From positions 434,001-498,000 of the forward strand of contig JASANG010003984.1 of the NCBI GenBank assembly GCA_030248215.1: 64,000 nucleotides of DNA. Direction: 5' to 3'. This stretch comes from Enoplolaimus lenunculus. Its lineage: Eukaryota. This document shows, one piece after another, positions 16,284 to 30,253 of this stretch. The translations under genes were made by a program, and so were the position numbers. Position 1 is the first letter of the stretch. Each line of letters begins with the position of its first letter. The notes beneath the pieces were generated by a model. The model saw only the letters and a list, made by a program, of their open reading frames with translations. It was not told the DNA's origin and ran no database searches.

Positions 16284-16865
16284 CACACAAAATATATTGT
16301 CTTAAAATTTCAAGACTCCTACTTTCTTAAATTTTCAACACAAATGTCTTGTATTTCAGACATTAATAACCTTAGACAGCGCAGAAATTCGTTTCTTAAA
16401 TGGTTAAAACGTAAATGACTTATATTCAAGAAATTGCTATTGCCAATTTATAAGACACAAATTTGTCTTTCGTTCAAGAAACAATTTTCTGATTTCAGTG
16501 CAAGTAAATAATGTTGCGGTGTTTATATTCTTAACTGAGTATATACAAATAATCGAATTTCAAAGATATATCGGTTTGAGCTCCATCCATGCTCGCTCCT
16601 CCCAACCTAAGTTTACGTCTTGGACGCATCTTAGGTTGTAAAATTAGGGTATTGGGTTGAGCTTTGGCCCCTAATTTTGGAGTCGCTTTCCATGTCAAAT
16701 CGTTAATAAAACAAAGTCTTAAATTTGAGACATTTAAGTGTGAAAAATTTTAGATGAATATTTTTGAAAAAATTCAGAAATAAATGTTTTGAATTCAAGA
16801 CACATATATCTGGAGTCTGTAACTCGACATAAAATTGTCTTAAATTTCAGACAATATTTTGTGTG
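16284..16865. mobile_element. CAC..GTG TIR element with repeated tttcaagac/ttcagaca subunits
   Basis: cacacaaaatatattgtct / agacaatattttgtgtg, flanked by TA on both sides. Confidence 0.7.
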
Positions 16866-17253
16866 TAGCGACCCGAATAAAAGGTAGACATGATATTTAT
16901 TTGGTCTCTCTAGAGGGCACCTCTCTCTGTTATTCCGTTTACGAACTGTTATTTGTTTTTAACCCGCCTTCCACTGCCCTTCGTTACTGATATACATCGG
17001 GTATGGCAACAATTCGTTGAATTATAAACGTTTATTTGTCCTGTATCAAAAAGTTGTGCGATAATGCAAGGTTTACTTAGGAATATACATTCAAAAGTGC
17101 TTTCAGATTTTTTCTTCCATGTTGTTCTTCTTGTCATAGTTTCATAAGTGATTAGCTATTTTCTTCAGTTTATATTCTAGAAAGTCGTCAAAAGCCACAC
17201 CAAAGTATTTGAAAAACGTTTGCTACCTTTGAAACAGTTTAAAATACTTAATT

Positions 17254-17462
17254 GGCCCATGTAAAGATCAGGGGTCGAACGTTTTTCTGTGGGACTAGAA
17301 TAGAGTAAGCGTAAGCTTTAGACTAATTTTTTGGCTTGACGTAGGCTTAGGCTTAGGCTTAGGAATATGCTCATTCGTCCGCTTAGGATTAGGCTTAGGC
17401 TTAGGCTTAGACTTAGGAATATGGTTATAATACTTGTTCCGCCCCTGTTCTTTTGATTGGCC
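17254..17462 (+). mobile_element. TTAGGC-bearing MITE, subfamily A, with long TTAGGC runs
   Basis: ggcccatgtaaagatcagggg...(ttaggc)n...ccgcccctgttctttttgattggcc. Confidence 0.85.
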
Positions 17463-17823
17463 GAAATACTTAAGACTTTAATGTGATACCTAAATGTGGT
17501 TTTGTAAGGGTATTTAGTTGCGAACAGACCACGAATGAAGGTTTTCGATTTGGTGCTGTATAAAGTTGTGATTTTGTAATCGAAAACCCTAAATTTCGAA
17601 AATAAGCGGAAATGTACGACTAAAGTTTTGAAAAGTTTAATAAAATTCAACTGTTGCGTTATAAAACTATAGGCAGGTTAATAGTACCAAAAACGTGCTT
17701 CATTACCTTGGATTGGTGAAAATAAAATTCAAAATATATAATCACAACACAGCCGTTTTAAGCTATTGCTTTAAACGAAAAAAGACAAGCCTGGTGGCAG
17801 TGATTTCTGGTATTGCTTTAGAA

Positions 17824-18368
17824 TGGTGTTATACTGGTCGTACGGCGCCGTTCGTGGCCGTCTGTCACCGTCAGTTACCGTACGACGCTATCGTACTTGA
17901 GTATTTCATGTACAATAACGCAAGGTGACGTACGGTGACGGACGGCTCTGGATGACGTCACAGTCGCACGACACGCGTACGGTGACAGACGCCGACGGAC
18001 TGCACCGAACGGCACCGGATGAGACCGAGTGTCAAAGTTACGGTGACGAACGCCGACAGTCGGCGCAAAATTATAACGCCACCATAAGTGAAGCACAGTT
18101 GAACCTAATTAAAATTCTAAGGTTAAGAATAAAGCTCATTGTCACGGCTAATTTTACACCTAAGGGTTGTGCTATACTTGTCGTAGGCGTCTTCCGTCAG
18201 CCGTCCGGCGCCATACTATGTCGTGCTTACGTGAGCACAATGACTGGACGGCGCCGTACGGGTGACGGGCTGCGACGAACAGCACTGCACGGGTGGCTGA
18301 CGGTGACGGACGGCGCCGGAAGACGACGACCCGCGCCGGACCGCTGCAAGACAAGTATAGCGTCACCC
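17824..18368. mobile_element. Two adjacent GC/CpG-rich PIF/Harbinger-like MITEs (~17824-18083 and 18164-18368)
   Basis: The second copy reads gggttgtgctatacttgtc...gacaagtatagcgtcaccc and is flanked by TAA/TAA, with gacgg/ccgtc subrepeats. A related remnant lies at ~44618-44757. Confidence 0.7.
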
Positions 18369-19143
18369 TAAGTCTTAAATTGGGGCCTAAAAGACAAGTT
18401 GTATTTTGTAACATATGTGCAACTAAAGCGACTACTTTAGTGTTGTGAAAATGTTTGCTTGTGTTTTTAGTATAATTTTAAATTCTACGGAACGTTTTTC
18501 AAAATTTAATTTCGTTTTTAAATAAAATTTTGAATATCGCGGCTTGGTTTCAGTTAGCTCTCGTACGCTCTCCACCGATCTTTGTGTTTGCTCAGAATAG
18601 ATTCGAGTTTAGGCTCCAGTTCAATATGAAAAGTATCACTGCCATGCCTAATTGAAAAAACTTTTACCTAAGTTTACGTCTTAATCGTAAACGTTGACAA
18701 AGTGTAATACAGCCTCAACTATGGATTATTAACGATATATCTGCTGCTAGTATAATCCTATATTTGTTAACTCTAAAAATAAATCGCAAACTTTTTTGAC
18801 GCCTAATTTCCCCTAAGAATCGTTTAATCAAACGCCTTGCAGTGAAGATGTTGCTTTAAATTCCAACCTTATACGAATGTATAAACACAAACCAAAACAC
18901 AAAATTAAATTAGACTAATTACTTTCAACGAGTATTCAGGCACAGAACCGCAAGCAGAAAACGTGCTACAGACCTATAAGACATAGAGATACGTTGATTG
19001 AGCTGTCTAGTCTGTTTATAGAATCACTGCGAATAGAGCAAATTTACAACTCGAGTCAGAGAGTAATGTAGGTACTTTAGCCGCGGGTCAGATTCAAGAT
19101 CTAGTGAGATCTCCATTAGTAAGAGGTTTTGAATAAACCTCGA

Positions 19144-19337
19144 GGCTATTAATGTTGCTTTAACGGACGTAACAGTGGATTAAGCGTATTCCTAAGCCTA
19201 AGCCTAAGCGTTGCAAAAACTTATTCTTAAGCCTAAGCCTAAGCCTAAGCCTAAGCAAAAAATGTAGTCTAGAATGTAAGCCTACTTATTTATAGACCCA
19301 CCAGAAACCTGGACACCCCTTAAAGTAACATGTACCA
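19144..19337 (-). mobile_element. TTAGGC-bearing MITE, subfamily B
   Basis: (gcctaa)n runs and the end gacccaccagaaacctggacaccccttaaagtaacatg, shared with the 9560 and 12355 copies. Confidence 0.75.
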
Positions 19338-19634
19338 AGCTCGGAAGAGTGTTCGGGTGACGTCACCGATCTAAAAATTAAAATTTGTAAGAGCTGATTT
19401 CACTTTTATAGATATTACCTGTGCATATTAAAGGTGTTTGTATATCGCGGGTTCCCTAAACCCTAATTAAAGCCCAAAATGTCAATTATCCAATATTGTA
19501 GCACATAAATGACTCCAGGACCAAATAAGGCTGAGTTCGAAACTTTAAAGCACACTTAAGTTTTTAACCTTGCATTACCGCTCATGCTATCGACGGTAGA
19601 TAAATACGCGTTTAATTGAACGGATAGTTGAAAT

Positions 19635-19772
19635 ACTGTATATATATCAGCAACGAAGAGCGGCGGAGGGCAGGTTAAAAATGAATAACAGTCCGTAACC
19701 GAATAACATGGGGGATACCCTCTGGAGAGGCCAAATAAATATCAGTCCCCCTCTTATTCGGGTCACTACAAT
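19635..19772 (+). repeat. ~135-bp dispersed repeat with TACTGTA/TACAGTA-like ends (3 copies: ~16866-16997 inverted, 19635-19772, ~20790-20930)
   Basis: Shared core cagtccgtaaccgaataac...gaggccaaataaatatcag...cttattcg. Confidence 0.7.
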
Positions 19773-20034
19773 AAAAGCCTAAATGTAAGCAATATATACG
19801 CAGTTGTTGAAATTACCTGAGCAGTTGAAATGTCGTAAAATTAACCTTCGACACAAAACTTAGTAAATTTCAACCATCAATTTAAGTACCGAGACAATCT
19901 GAATTTTCCCATCGAATTTCAGCTAATTTCAATTGGGCATTTGATTGCAACACAGAAAATTGGATACAAATCGAACAAGTTTCAAATTTACTTCAAAGAT
20001 ATAAGAAAAACAATAAGAATCATGCTAAAATTAA

Positions 20035-20309
20035 AACCCTATTCACACGTGCAATTGTTTGCTGCGAGAACTTGCAGCTGCAAATTGCACACAGAACTTG
20101 CATTTTTTCATCAGCCAATGAGAAAGCGGCTGCACTAAATTCTGTTAATTTGTATGATTATTCCCACATGTGAACTAAATTCCTAACTGTGATTTTTAAT
20201 GAGTTATTTACAGCTGCAAATTTTTCGAATGGGATTTTGGACAAAACTTGCCAGTGCAAGTTGCAGCTGCAAGCTCTCGCAGCAAAAACTTGCACGTGTA
20301 AATAGTACT
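20035..20309. mobile_element. MITE with ~55-bp TIR (Harbinger-like)
   Basis: ctattcacacgtgcaattgtttgctgcgagaacttgcagctgca / tgcagctgcaagctctcgcagcaaaaacttgcacgtgtaaatag. Confidence 0.7.
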
Positions 20310-21887
20310 TAAGTCAATAAAAACGCTGTCCTAAAAGACTAAATTTTCTAATAGACGTCTAGTGCACTAGACCGTATAAATCTTGGCTGTTAGGTATGCG
20401 ACATTAAAGGGATTTTGTCGGCCGACATCAACCAACCGGAAACCTAAAATCGCACCTATAGTCTGCGTATGTGAGAATTTAGTATTATTTTTATGTGTCT
20501 GCCCAGCTTACCTAAATAGCTGAGCCATTTTATATATACATACCATACATATATATGTATATATATTTATATATGTATATGTATATAAATTTTTATATCT
20601 TCCTGAAAACGGTTTCGGTTATGGACACACCATCAGTTAATAAACAGGCGAAAAAAGTATAAAGTTGTGTGACAATCAGGAACTTTAATATCGGCCAATT
20701 ATTGAGGTTCACAGGTTATAATGGACTGGCTGTTTTTATTCAACCATTGTTAGCTTTTTTATGCACGCATTTGCACTGTATATAAATTTCAGTATGTATA
20801 TATCAATAAAACGAAGGCCGGCGGAGAGTGGGAGTTAAAAATAAACATCAGTCCGTAACCGAATAACGGGGGATTCCATGTCAGAGGCCAAATAAATATC
20901 AGTTCCCCCTCTTATTCGAGAACTACAGTAAGCACGATCCTAAGCCTAAACTCAAGCCTATGGAGAGGACTGTACTAAAACCATCAAATAAAATGCCCAA
21001 TGTATAGAACAGGGCCAGTAGTATAAGCATATTCCTAAGCCTACCATACGCATCAGCCTAACTGTAGCAATAAGCTTATAAGTACCTAATCCTAAGCAAA
21101 TAAGCAAATAAGTGAACTCCACATAACATTAAAGTTCCTTGCCAGACTTGTATTGACTGATAGAAAAACATTAGGTTTCAAATTGTAGAACTTCAAAATT
21201 GTTACCGATATGCATATACTTCAACTGCTTCCTTATCGCATAAAATGGTTTGTACCAGTATATGCCTTACTTATTCAGTTTTCAAGTCACCATCTTCCCA
21301 AGTTCTCCTATATAACCGTCAAATCTTAAATCCACTACTGACCTGTATCCTATAAGCTTACCAAATTATATTGCATCCGATCGGAAGCTTTCATTTTAAT
21401 TTTATTTTAGGTTAAGTTGAAAACCCGAAACCCGGACAACAGCTGGATTTGACAGACCAATTGAACGCGGAATTAATTTGTGCCAGACGCAAAGACCGTT
21501 GATGAAACATTCAGGTTTAGTAAACTGAGACACGATTCAATTTATTTTGTTTCGATAACTTTAGTATAGTTTAATTGACCAAAGAATCGCAAATACACAC
21601 CATTTTGAAGTATTCTTGACCTGCCTGTGATAAGCAGTGGCTTTAACAGAGAATGCGGTATAATTTCTAATTTAAGGTCAATCTCAGATTTGCTCGAAGT
21701 ACGCGAAAGAGTGGTGTTAATGTCTATTTCAATTATTGTATTCATATTAGAAATTTTCAAGTTCCAAATGATTAGGTTTAGGATTAGGTTTTAATTTAGC
21801 TGGCAGGATATGATTGTGATTATATAGTGAGAATGGTAAAACCAGAAAACTTGTAAAACTAAATAATTATATATAAACCTAAAACTG

Positions 21888-21889
<2 letters not shown>

Positions 21890-21958
<69 letters not shown>
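21890..21958. repeat. (TA)n microsatellite
   Basis: About 34 uninterrupted TA units. Confidence 0.95.
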
Positions 21959-21959
<1 letters not shown>

Positions 21960-23136
21960 CCACAATTTTGTAGAAAAAACCTCATACAGTGATAATTTTT
22001 TAAAGATTTTACATGAAATTTGTTGATTTTATTTCAAATTGAACTCTTTGCCGCATACCAGTGCAGAAAAATTAGGTAATCTTAATAGCGACTATATATA
22101 CCTTGAACGATTTAAAACTTAACTATACCAAGAGTGCATAATACAAGAGTGAGTATTCAACTCTTGGGGTTCTGCATGGTACAAGTTGTGTTTTTGCCCG
22201 ACCCCCTTTGTTTATATAGAGTGGGTCGCTGTCACATGCAATACCGCTAAATTAAATTATAAGCGGAACAATTTGTTCCCGGATACATAAAGTGGCATGG
22301 TTCGCATAGGTTGTACCCCCCTCTAAATAGAGGGGGGTAAGCCAAAAACGCAACGCGTGCCGGGTACATGTTTTCTACACAGAATGTACCCAGTTGCGTA
22401 CTGTTGTTGAAGTATGCATCGTCCACTCTTGACACTATACGCACGAATATTTCCGAATCTTTGTGTCATTTCATAGCGAAAATGGAAATAGATTTTTCAC
22501 AGAAACGGGCGCAGTTACTTGCATTCCATGAGGCACATTTAAACCTGAAACATGTACCGAAAGTAAACCCCGAAAACAAAAACAAAAAGCATTCAGCAAC
22601 TATAGTTTATCGAAATATAAATTTCCCTTTAGAAACCGTAGCAAAACTTGGCAATACAAAGTTCAATCCACCAACTACGGCATGATGCAAAGTGGCGCAA
22701 CCCCGACCAAACCCCTGTCACCCACACTGTTGGAAATATTTCCTACAGCATTAAAAGAGTGTTCGAATAGGTTTCCGCTGTACCCTCTACAAATGTTCAT
22801 GCCCCCTTTGCTAAACAATTCCTGATTGTACACCTATGAGGTTTTATTTCATGCTTAGAAAGTGCCAATAACCGAACCTGTGAATTATTTATGTATCCGG
22901 GTGAACGCATATTGCGGTCAATATTAACCACCGGTGTACAGGTTTCGCTTGGCTTATAAACCATATAAACCCTGAAGCTAGGAGGTTTTCAACTTTACAG
23001 GTATTGTTTATGATGAACTGCTGCACCGGCTGCCAGCTCGCAGTCAACCGGTCTCCCAAGCCCTGAAGTTAAGATGGGCGGTTTATGTTAGGTGAACCAT
23101 TTTTCGCTTGACTACAGTAAGCAATAAGCATATATA

Positions 23137-23390
23137 CAATGTAAATTTTAGTTAGTTGATTTTAACTGAGAATGAGTTGAATCCACTCAGAAGTCTGAGC
23201 TCTGAATTAGGTCTTTCAGAACTCAAAGTTTTAAATTGATTGAACTGATTCTGAGTTAATTAATCAACTCACCTGGAGTTTAATACCAGCTCAGAGCGGG
23301 TTGACGTTTTCTGTTTATTAACTCAGAAACTACCAGAAATGACCAATTCGCTCTCTAAGTTGATTAATCAACTCATCGGAATTTACAGTG
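23137..23390. mobile_element. CACTA/CMC-like MITE, inverted homolog of 9112-9337
   Basis: caatgtaaatt...aatttacagtg with TA flanks and tgagtt/aactca subrepeats. Confidence 0.7.
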
Positions 23391-23865
23391 TATATATAAG
23401 CTTAGACTGATGTTTCTGTTTAGGCTTAGTTAATAAATGTAATCCTCACGCTAAAGTTTAGGCTTAAACTTAGGAATATCATTGAAACACGATAGTGTTT
23501 ACAATATATGTTTCAACCATCGAGAATGCACGCTTTTTGAAAGTTTTGCAGCATGTTTTCTGCAGGAAAGCAGAGCTGGAATGAGGTAACCTGCATATAG
23601 AATATTCTAATTAGCCGCTTCGACACCATACACAAATTGGTAGCTAAACGTCTCATTTAAGTTGTTATTAAAATTTGATTTTTGTAATTTTTCGAAAAAA
23701 TTGTATTACAAATATGTAATTACCATAGCTAGTCGATATTATTGTGCGATGCTAATAACACCGTGCACTAGATTACGTGTCCCTGCGATGTTTGTTCTAC
23801 TGAAATTGCTAACTAACACAGTAATATTTTGTAATAACCTCCCATCCCATGTAAAAGAAACAAAC

Positions 23866-24746
23866 TAGGTAAAAGTGCCCCTAGAAGGGACAGACTGTGA
23901 TATGTTTCGCTTGAAGCATGTAAAAGAGTTTAAACACGGGTTAGTTAGACCATAGATCAGTAGGTAATGCTTATAATATTAGCTCCATAACTTCTATGAA
24001 AATAGTTGTCATCTATACCTTTGACGGCTGTCTTTCAGTATTAACATGCTTGCGGTCAGTGAAACAAGAAACATATGGGCCCAACAAACTTTCATCTGTT
24101 AACCTATAAACCGACACTATGGGTTTTCAAGGCGTTCTTCTAAAGTTATCTCAATTGAGCGCCTGCAGAACATGTTCTTTGAAATATTTTGCAACGTTTG
24201 AATGGTATTTTCTAGATGAATAGCTTAAATATGTCACGGCACAGAACACAATTTGGAAAAGTTTCTCGACTTCACATCATCAAATTGTCATGGTAAAGAT
24301 AGGTAAAATAGTCGAGCACGTATGCGTGACATTTTTTATTCGATAATCAATAGACGCAATTTGTAATCTTGCAATATTGAAATATTTACTAATCAAGTTT
24401 TAGAAACATAAATATTTTAAAACTCATAAAATATTCTCTTCCAATGAAGAATGCTAGATAGATCACTTATAAACTGAGCATTGTAAAACCCAACAAACGC
24501 TAAAATTAAGCTGATAGGTGATGTCCGCTGGGCCCATATGTTTCTTGTTTCACTGACCGCAAGCGTGTTAACACTGAAAGAAAGCCGTCAAAGATATAGA
24601 TGACAACTATTTTCATAGAAGTAGTGGAGCTAATATTATAAGCATTACCTACTGATCTATGGTCTAACTAACCCGTGTTTAAACTCTTTTACATGCTTCA
24701 AGCGAAACATATCACAATCTGTCCCTTATAGGGGCACTTTTACCTA
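23866..24746. mobile_element. Foldback element with ~220-bp near-identical terminal inverted repeats
   Basis: 23866-24085 is the reverse complement of 24527-24746 with few mismatches. Ends are ta|ggtaaaagtgcccc...ggggcacttttacc|ta. Confidence 0.9.
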
Positions 24747-25910
24747 GTACTATTATGCTCCTGTTACCCGACCAAACTAACATTGTCACATGGTCCACAA
24801 ATTGTATATTAGAATTGATTATTATGCCTGTTTCACTTCAACTATTTACTTCTGTCTGACCTTGCGTATTCCAACGATATTTTAAACTTCCGTTATGGAC
24901 TGTTTTGTACATTTTTGGCCGTCAATCTGGAGTACAATCAAAATTTACAAATTTCGACATTCAATACGAAACAACGAAGCATTGTAAAACCGAGAATCAT
25001 AAAACCAGCCAAGCCATAATCGTGAACCATATATGGTATACATCAGTCTGGCGATTTCACAATTAGCAACAATTAGCTTAATTACCAAAAACATTCACAC
25101 ACACATCGTACAAGCGCCAGTTTTGCTTGCAAATTTTACGACTCAAACAAGGTGTGATAATTTGCCCTCGAAACAGCTATGGGCTTTCATATGTTTTTTG
25201 CCATTAAAATTTTAGACCGCAAAATTTGCAAGGATCCAAACAGTTTTTACACGATGGTTTAACAAAGCTGGATGTAAAAGCGGATGATAGCACAAAATAA
25301 ACGCAAAGTAATAGTGATCAAAATAACGGAAACAGAAAACGGATATTGAATTATAAAAGTTTTAAAAATCTTTTATTGTTCTACCAACGCAATTAGAGGT
25401 GTACAAATATTCACCGGGTGTTCTGAAATTTTAAACAAAAAAATAACAGATGCATCAAAATTTTTTAAAGTATTTGGATGAATTGTGTAAGTTTTATTTC
25501 TATACGAATCATTGCATCATACTTGTAATGAAAAATTGCCAGATACGAGATTAACAAAAAGTTTTTAATGTAAAAATAACAGAATTTACCGTTTTATTTT
25601 CATAACGGAAACGGACACCACTTTTTTACTGGAAACGGATCAGGGTACATCCTGTAAAAAGTATACGTCGGCAAAAAATCGAATTCAGAACTGACATCTG
25701 GACAAGAATGATATCTGCCGCGTGTGGATAATAAATGTGAATCCGTTGGTTACGGATATAATCACGAATATCAAAGTTTAATTTTTGTTGTAGCAATGAA
25801 TAAGGTAGAATTACCATGAATGTATGTTCTTTACACCCAATATGCTTTGAACTCCAGACTTTAAATTCATATAATGTTCAGAAATATATCCTTTTTGCTG
25901 AGTGATATAT

Positions 25911-26316
25911 CAGGGTACAAACAGAGCTCAGCCTCTGGTTTCGGTGGAAAATCGGCCGCCGCCTCCGGCTCTGCTCGCATTTTCTCCGGACATTCCATTT
26001 CGATAGTGAAAATAAAAAATAAACCTAAAAACACAAGTTTTCGATAGCGCTTCACAGATATTAGCTAAAATTAGACAAATTTTAGGCATCGTTTAAACTG
26101 CCCATGCATAGAACAGGGCCCGAACGTTTTCCTGCAGGGCTGTAAATAGTGTTAAGTTAAGCTTAAACTTTTTTGCTTGGGCTTAGGAATATGCTTACAC
26201 CGCTGTTCCGGCCCTGTTCTATACATGGGCCAAACTACATAATTTTGCGTCACCTACGGCTGCATCAAGTTCTCTTGACCTCAGGTTCCGATATTTTTAC
26301 TACCAGTTGCACTCTG
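25911..26316 (+). mobile_element. Degenerate hAT-like MITE containing a nested TTAGGC MITE (26100-26231)
   Basis: cagggtacaaac...ccagttgcactctg is homologous to 8097-8456 and is interrupted by gcccatgcatagaacagggcc...ggccctgttctatacatgggcc. Confidence 0.7.
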
Positions 26317-27103
26317 GTGTACAAGCTCCTCGCGTTATCCTGATCTTAAACTTACCTGGGATGCCAACTCGCGTTTTGTACCAAAAGTTATCTAATGATT
26401 CCCGATCTGGACATATTTTATTCCCGTTGCACCCTAGCCTACATCTAAGCAAATGTGTAAAAGCGTTGCTCCTTTGCAGTCTCACAGAAACAACGGTCTG
26501 CCCATGATTTATATATGGGCCTACCTGCTTTGAATCAATTTCTGAGAGTTGGGTGTAGCAGAAGATACACTAGGCCAAAGATTTTGGTAATATTTAATAG
26601 AAGGCAGTGGAAATTTTGTGTTAGGCACTGCACTTATAGCAAAAAAACAATGTGCACAATAACGATAGCGGTAACACTTTTAGTTGTACGGCATACGAAC
26701 AAGTTAAACATGTAATACTTTATCAGGAAATCATAATACCGCTTCTGAACGCTCATACACCAAAATCAAATAAATTTAATTTGTCAAAAATGAAATTAAA
26801 CCTAAAGACAGTAAAATACGCAACAACTCAAATATAAAAATATCGGAAGCGACTAAGAATAATCACAGAAAATCGGACATTAATGTCAAGTTACCAGAAA
26901 AAGTTTTACTACACAAAAGATACCAAAATAAACTTTTTTCTAATTTTGCTTAAATTTTCAGTGAACTTACGTTATACTTACGACTGCACGATTTCCAGAC
27001 AATACAACAAAATCCTCAGTCATGTACTCAGCCATATTTGCATACGAGATGGCCATAGGCCGCTATTTTTGTACCTTGATTAAACACTAATATCTCTACT
27101 GTG

Positions 27104-30100
27104 TTATAAACCTTTATCTTTCCGATGTGAACCATCCTTTCCCGGCATTTCTCCTGGTACATGAGTTAGCGACGGATCACTAATACCGTTTTGTTTACAC
27201 AACCTTCTGACCTAAACAAAAATAAACTACAAAACATTAACGTATACAAAATATTAAATAAGAGACCCTGAATAGGCAGATGACATGTTCGATTCGAAAT
27301 TCACCAACAATTAAACCTTCACTCATAATTATAAAGACCAGCGTTACTTTCAGCGGCGTAGGCGTAAGAGTGGAATGAGCATATTTCTAAACCTTAACGT
27401 TATGATAATTTAAAATAAGCCTAAGACTTATTAAAAGGCCACTGTAAATAACAGGGGCGGGACAGTATTATAAGCATATTCCTGAGCGTAAGCCTAAGCC
27501 AAGAAAAAATTAGTCTAAAGCTTACTCTTTTGTAGTCCCACAGAAAAACGTTCTGTCCCTGATCTTTACATGGGCCGCCTAACTTAACAAATTACTCTAA
27601 AGCCTAAGCCTATACTATTGTAGTCCCACTGTAATACGGAACGGAGACGCCTCTAATAGCAACATAAGCACATCGGCACTGTTAGAAAATTTTGGCTGCA
27701 TGTGTTATAGCGTAACAAAATTAGAAAGCACAAAACTCAATTGTTTAAAAATTAAACGCAAATTCAATTCAACCATATATACACTAACCTCACGTTCCAA
27801 TCCAAACAAATGGGGATCATCCACGTCAGGAAAAAGATGTCGAATTTCAACTGCGAGACGAACTATGTATTCAATGTTTGTTCCACTTGGACCAACCGAC
27901 GTTACGGCCTAAATATAGGTAAGAATTAAGAATCGACATGATGACATTACTAAAGTACACTATCTACAAAGTTCACTGCACCGCCATCTCTAACGTGTTT
28001 TAAAACGGTCAAGATACACTCAAAAAAGACAAAATTGCCGTCTTAAAATTTACACAATCGTATGGCAACCTGAAATGTTAATTTGAACAACTAATAAAAG
28101 ATACAAAACTAAGCACATTAGTCTGCCACAAAGCTAAAGCACGTACTATCAACCTGAATTTGTATAGAACACAAAACATACTAAATTAGCAATATCTTCT
28201 ATACTTTCGCGATCTCCAACAAAATTAGGATCGTCTTCTGGTGATATGAAAACCTTAAAACCAAATGTTCAGTGCAATTGCTTGGCTCACAGACAAGTCC
28301 ACTCGAGAAGATTTAACCGGAGTTGAAAAGCTGCTTCAATAAATTTATCTAAATCAATATTACGTGGTTAGTGGTCAAAACGAGCAGTTGAAAATGTCCC
28401 AACCAATACTACAACAGAAAGAATATATATGTGGAACAGACCATAGCAGGTAGCTAACAATCAGAAGTTACTAAAAACCTGAAATTAAAAAATTGCAGTA
28501 AAAGCTAATTTAAGTAAGCGCGTGCGATTTATTTGTTTTAAAAAGTAACTAATATATTTTACGTACTTAAAATTCAATTTCTGCACAGCTACAGGTATAC
28601 CTCAACTTCAAACGGCTCACGTTTTTCGTATTCTGCGGGATAAAATGTCGTAAACCGAGGTTGATAGCCAGCTTTTTCACGCCAAGCTAGATAAGATCTC
28701 ACTTCTGTTTCTTCACATTCCGGAATGTTGTACGCAATGCCCCATGTGGTCCCCTGTTAACAAATTAACTAATACACAATTGCTTCAATTTTGTAATATC
28801 ATACATGGCACTATTTCCAAAAAAGCAACCGCAATCATTAGATATAAGCATGTTCTTAGAGATGTCGATCAATAAGATAAGAATCATTAGACTTGACTGA
28901 AAACTAGCTAAACTAAGTTGTAAAATACGAAACCAATTAAAATAGAATAACAAGTAAAACACCATTATACAATCATACAACAAATCAGTTACCTACGGTG
29001 TTATCCTCTACCAATGTGCACGCTCTGCCTGGCTGGAATAATAAATATAATACACATTATTTAGAAATATTCGCACATATACAAAGCACCAAAAATGCAA
29101 AATACTATTTCCTTAAAATTTTCTGCCTATATACAAGTCCATCAGCTACGGTACATACAACATATACAAATAATATTTTAGTTCAAAATCAATAACCGTA
29201 TATACTACACTACTTAATCTATATACAGGTGATCAATAAACCGATATTAGGCTACGCATCCAGTGCTAAACTATGAAATGGCTATAATATATTAGAGATG
29301 TCCTCGGAGCAGCGGGTGCCGGAGCCATACGGTACCAAAAACAATGTCTCGTCGCACAATTTAGCCAAAATCCGAACGCCACACAGTAATTTTATTGCAT
29401 TACCATGGGCAAAATGTCGCGTGACGCGATATGGTAAATAAGAAATGCATTAACACTAACTTCATAACATGGGAGTATGAACAAAATGTCGCGTGACGCG
29501 ATATGATAAAACGGTATCATACTCCCAAGGTTATGCTTAGGGAAAAGATGCTTAAAACTTGAACTTCAGTGTACTTTGCTGGCTCCGGCCCCGGGTAAAA
29601 TTCTGGATCCGGAAAATCTCTTCAGGGTGCAACCTGAATTAAAAAGTCCGGTATTAAATTTTGGTCAGTGGAAATTAAGATATTTTACTAAAAAATGACG
29701 ATAAAAAAGTTAAATAAATTTCATTAGTATAGCATGTAAACCTATATAATCGCCGAAAATAAACCATCGAAAATAGATTTCGCTTACATGGATTATGAAA
29801 ATACAGCAGGTAAAGGGTTATATATTTCACTAATAATATTGCAAAAAGAAATTAAACTTAATTTTTTTTAAGTTTCTTTTTTGAAATGTTAACCGGAATT
29901 TATAATTCCGGTAAAAATGCCAAAAAGAATAACATAACTCTATATTATACTACTATTTAGGACCAAAATCACATGTTTTGCAGCGAATTTTGTTCGAAAT
30001 AACAACAATAAGCAACCTAAGAAAAGAAGTATCGTAGTCATATTGAACTACGCGGCTCCAGTATATATTTTTTGCTATACGGTGGAGCCCTGGTTTATTT

Positions 30101-30253
30101 ACACAACATAACATATACCCTTTCTGGAACGCCGCGATGATCAGGACTTCTTTGCCAGAATCGCCTTACAAATCCTTTAACATGCCCATTTATTTTTTCT
30201 GTAAACGGAACGTTCGGTTTCCACACAAGTGATCCATAGCCAAACAACCACAT
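27104..30253 (-). CDS. CHAC2: ChaC-family glutathione-specific gamma-glutamylcyclotransferase, 6 exons, ~207 aa
   Basis: Minus-strand exons, all introns phase 0 GT-AG: 30253-30119 ([13 protein letters not shown]...[16 protein letters not shown]), 29032-28997 ([12 protein letters not shown]), 28753-28601 (GTTWGIAY...LAWREKAGY), 28253-28182, 27908-27789 (GPSGTNIEY...DPHLFGLE), 27211-27104 (ends TAA). CHAC1 versus CHAC2 orthology is not resolved. Confidence 0.93.
27437..27576 (-). mobile_element. TTAGGC-bearing MITE, subfamily A (ChaC last intron)
   Basis: ggccactgtaaaataacagggg...ccctgatctttacatgggcc. Confidence 0.75.

Noticed and set aside
16949..17137. Minus-strand ORF as an extra upstream coding exon of hst-3
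   Set aside because: I found no convincing phase-compatible acceptor into the 14412 exon, and its distal part overlaps a dispersed repeat.
17340..17420. TTAGGC runs as a true telomere or chromosome fusion point
   Set aside because: Runs are short, degenerate, occur in both orientations, and mostly sit inside the same TIR-bounded element.
17875..18414. Overlapping Arg/Thr/Asp-rich ORFs up to 148 aa
   Set aside because: They arise from GC-rich palindromic MITEs and show no domain or splice structure.
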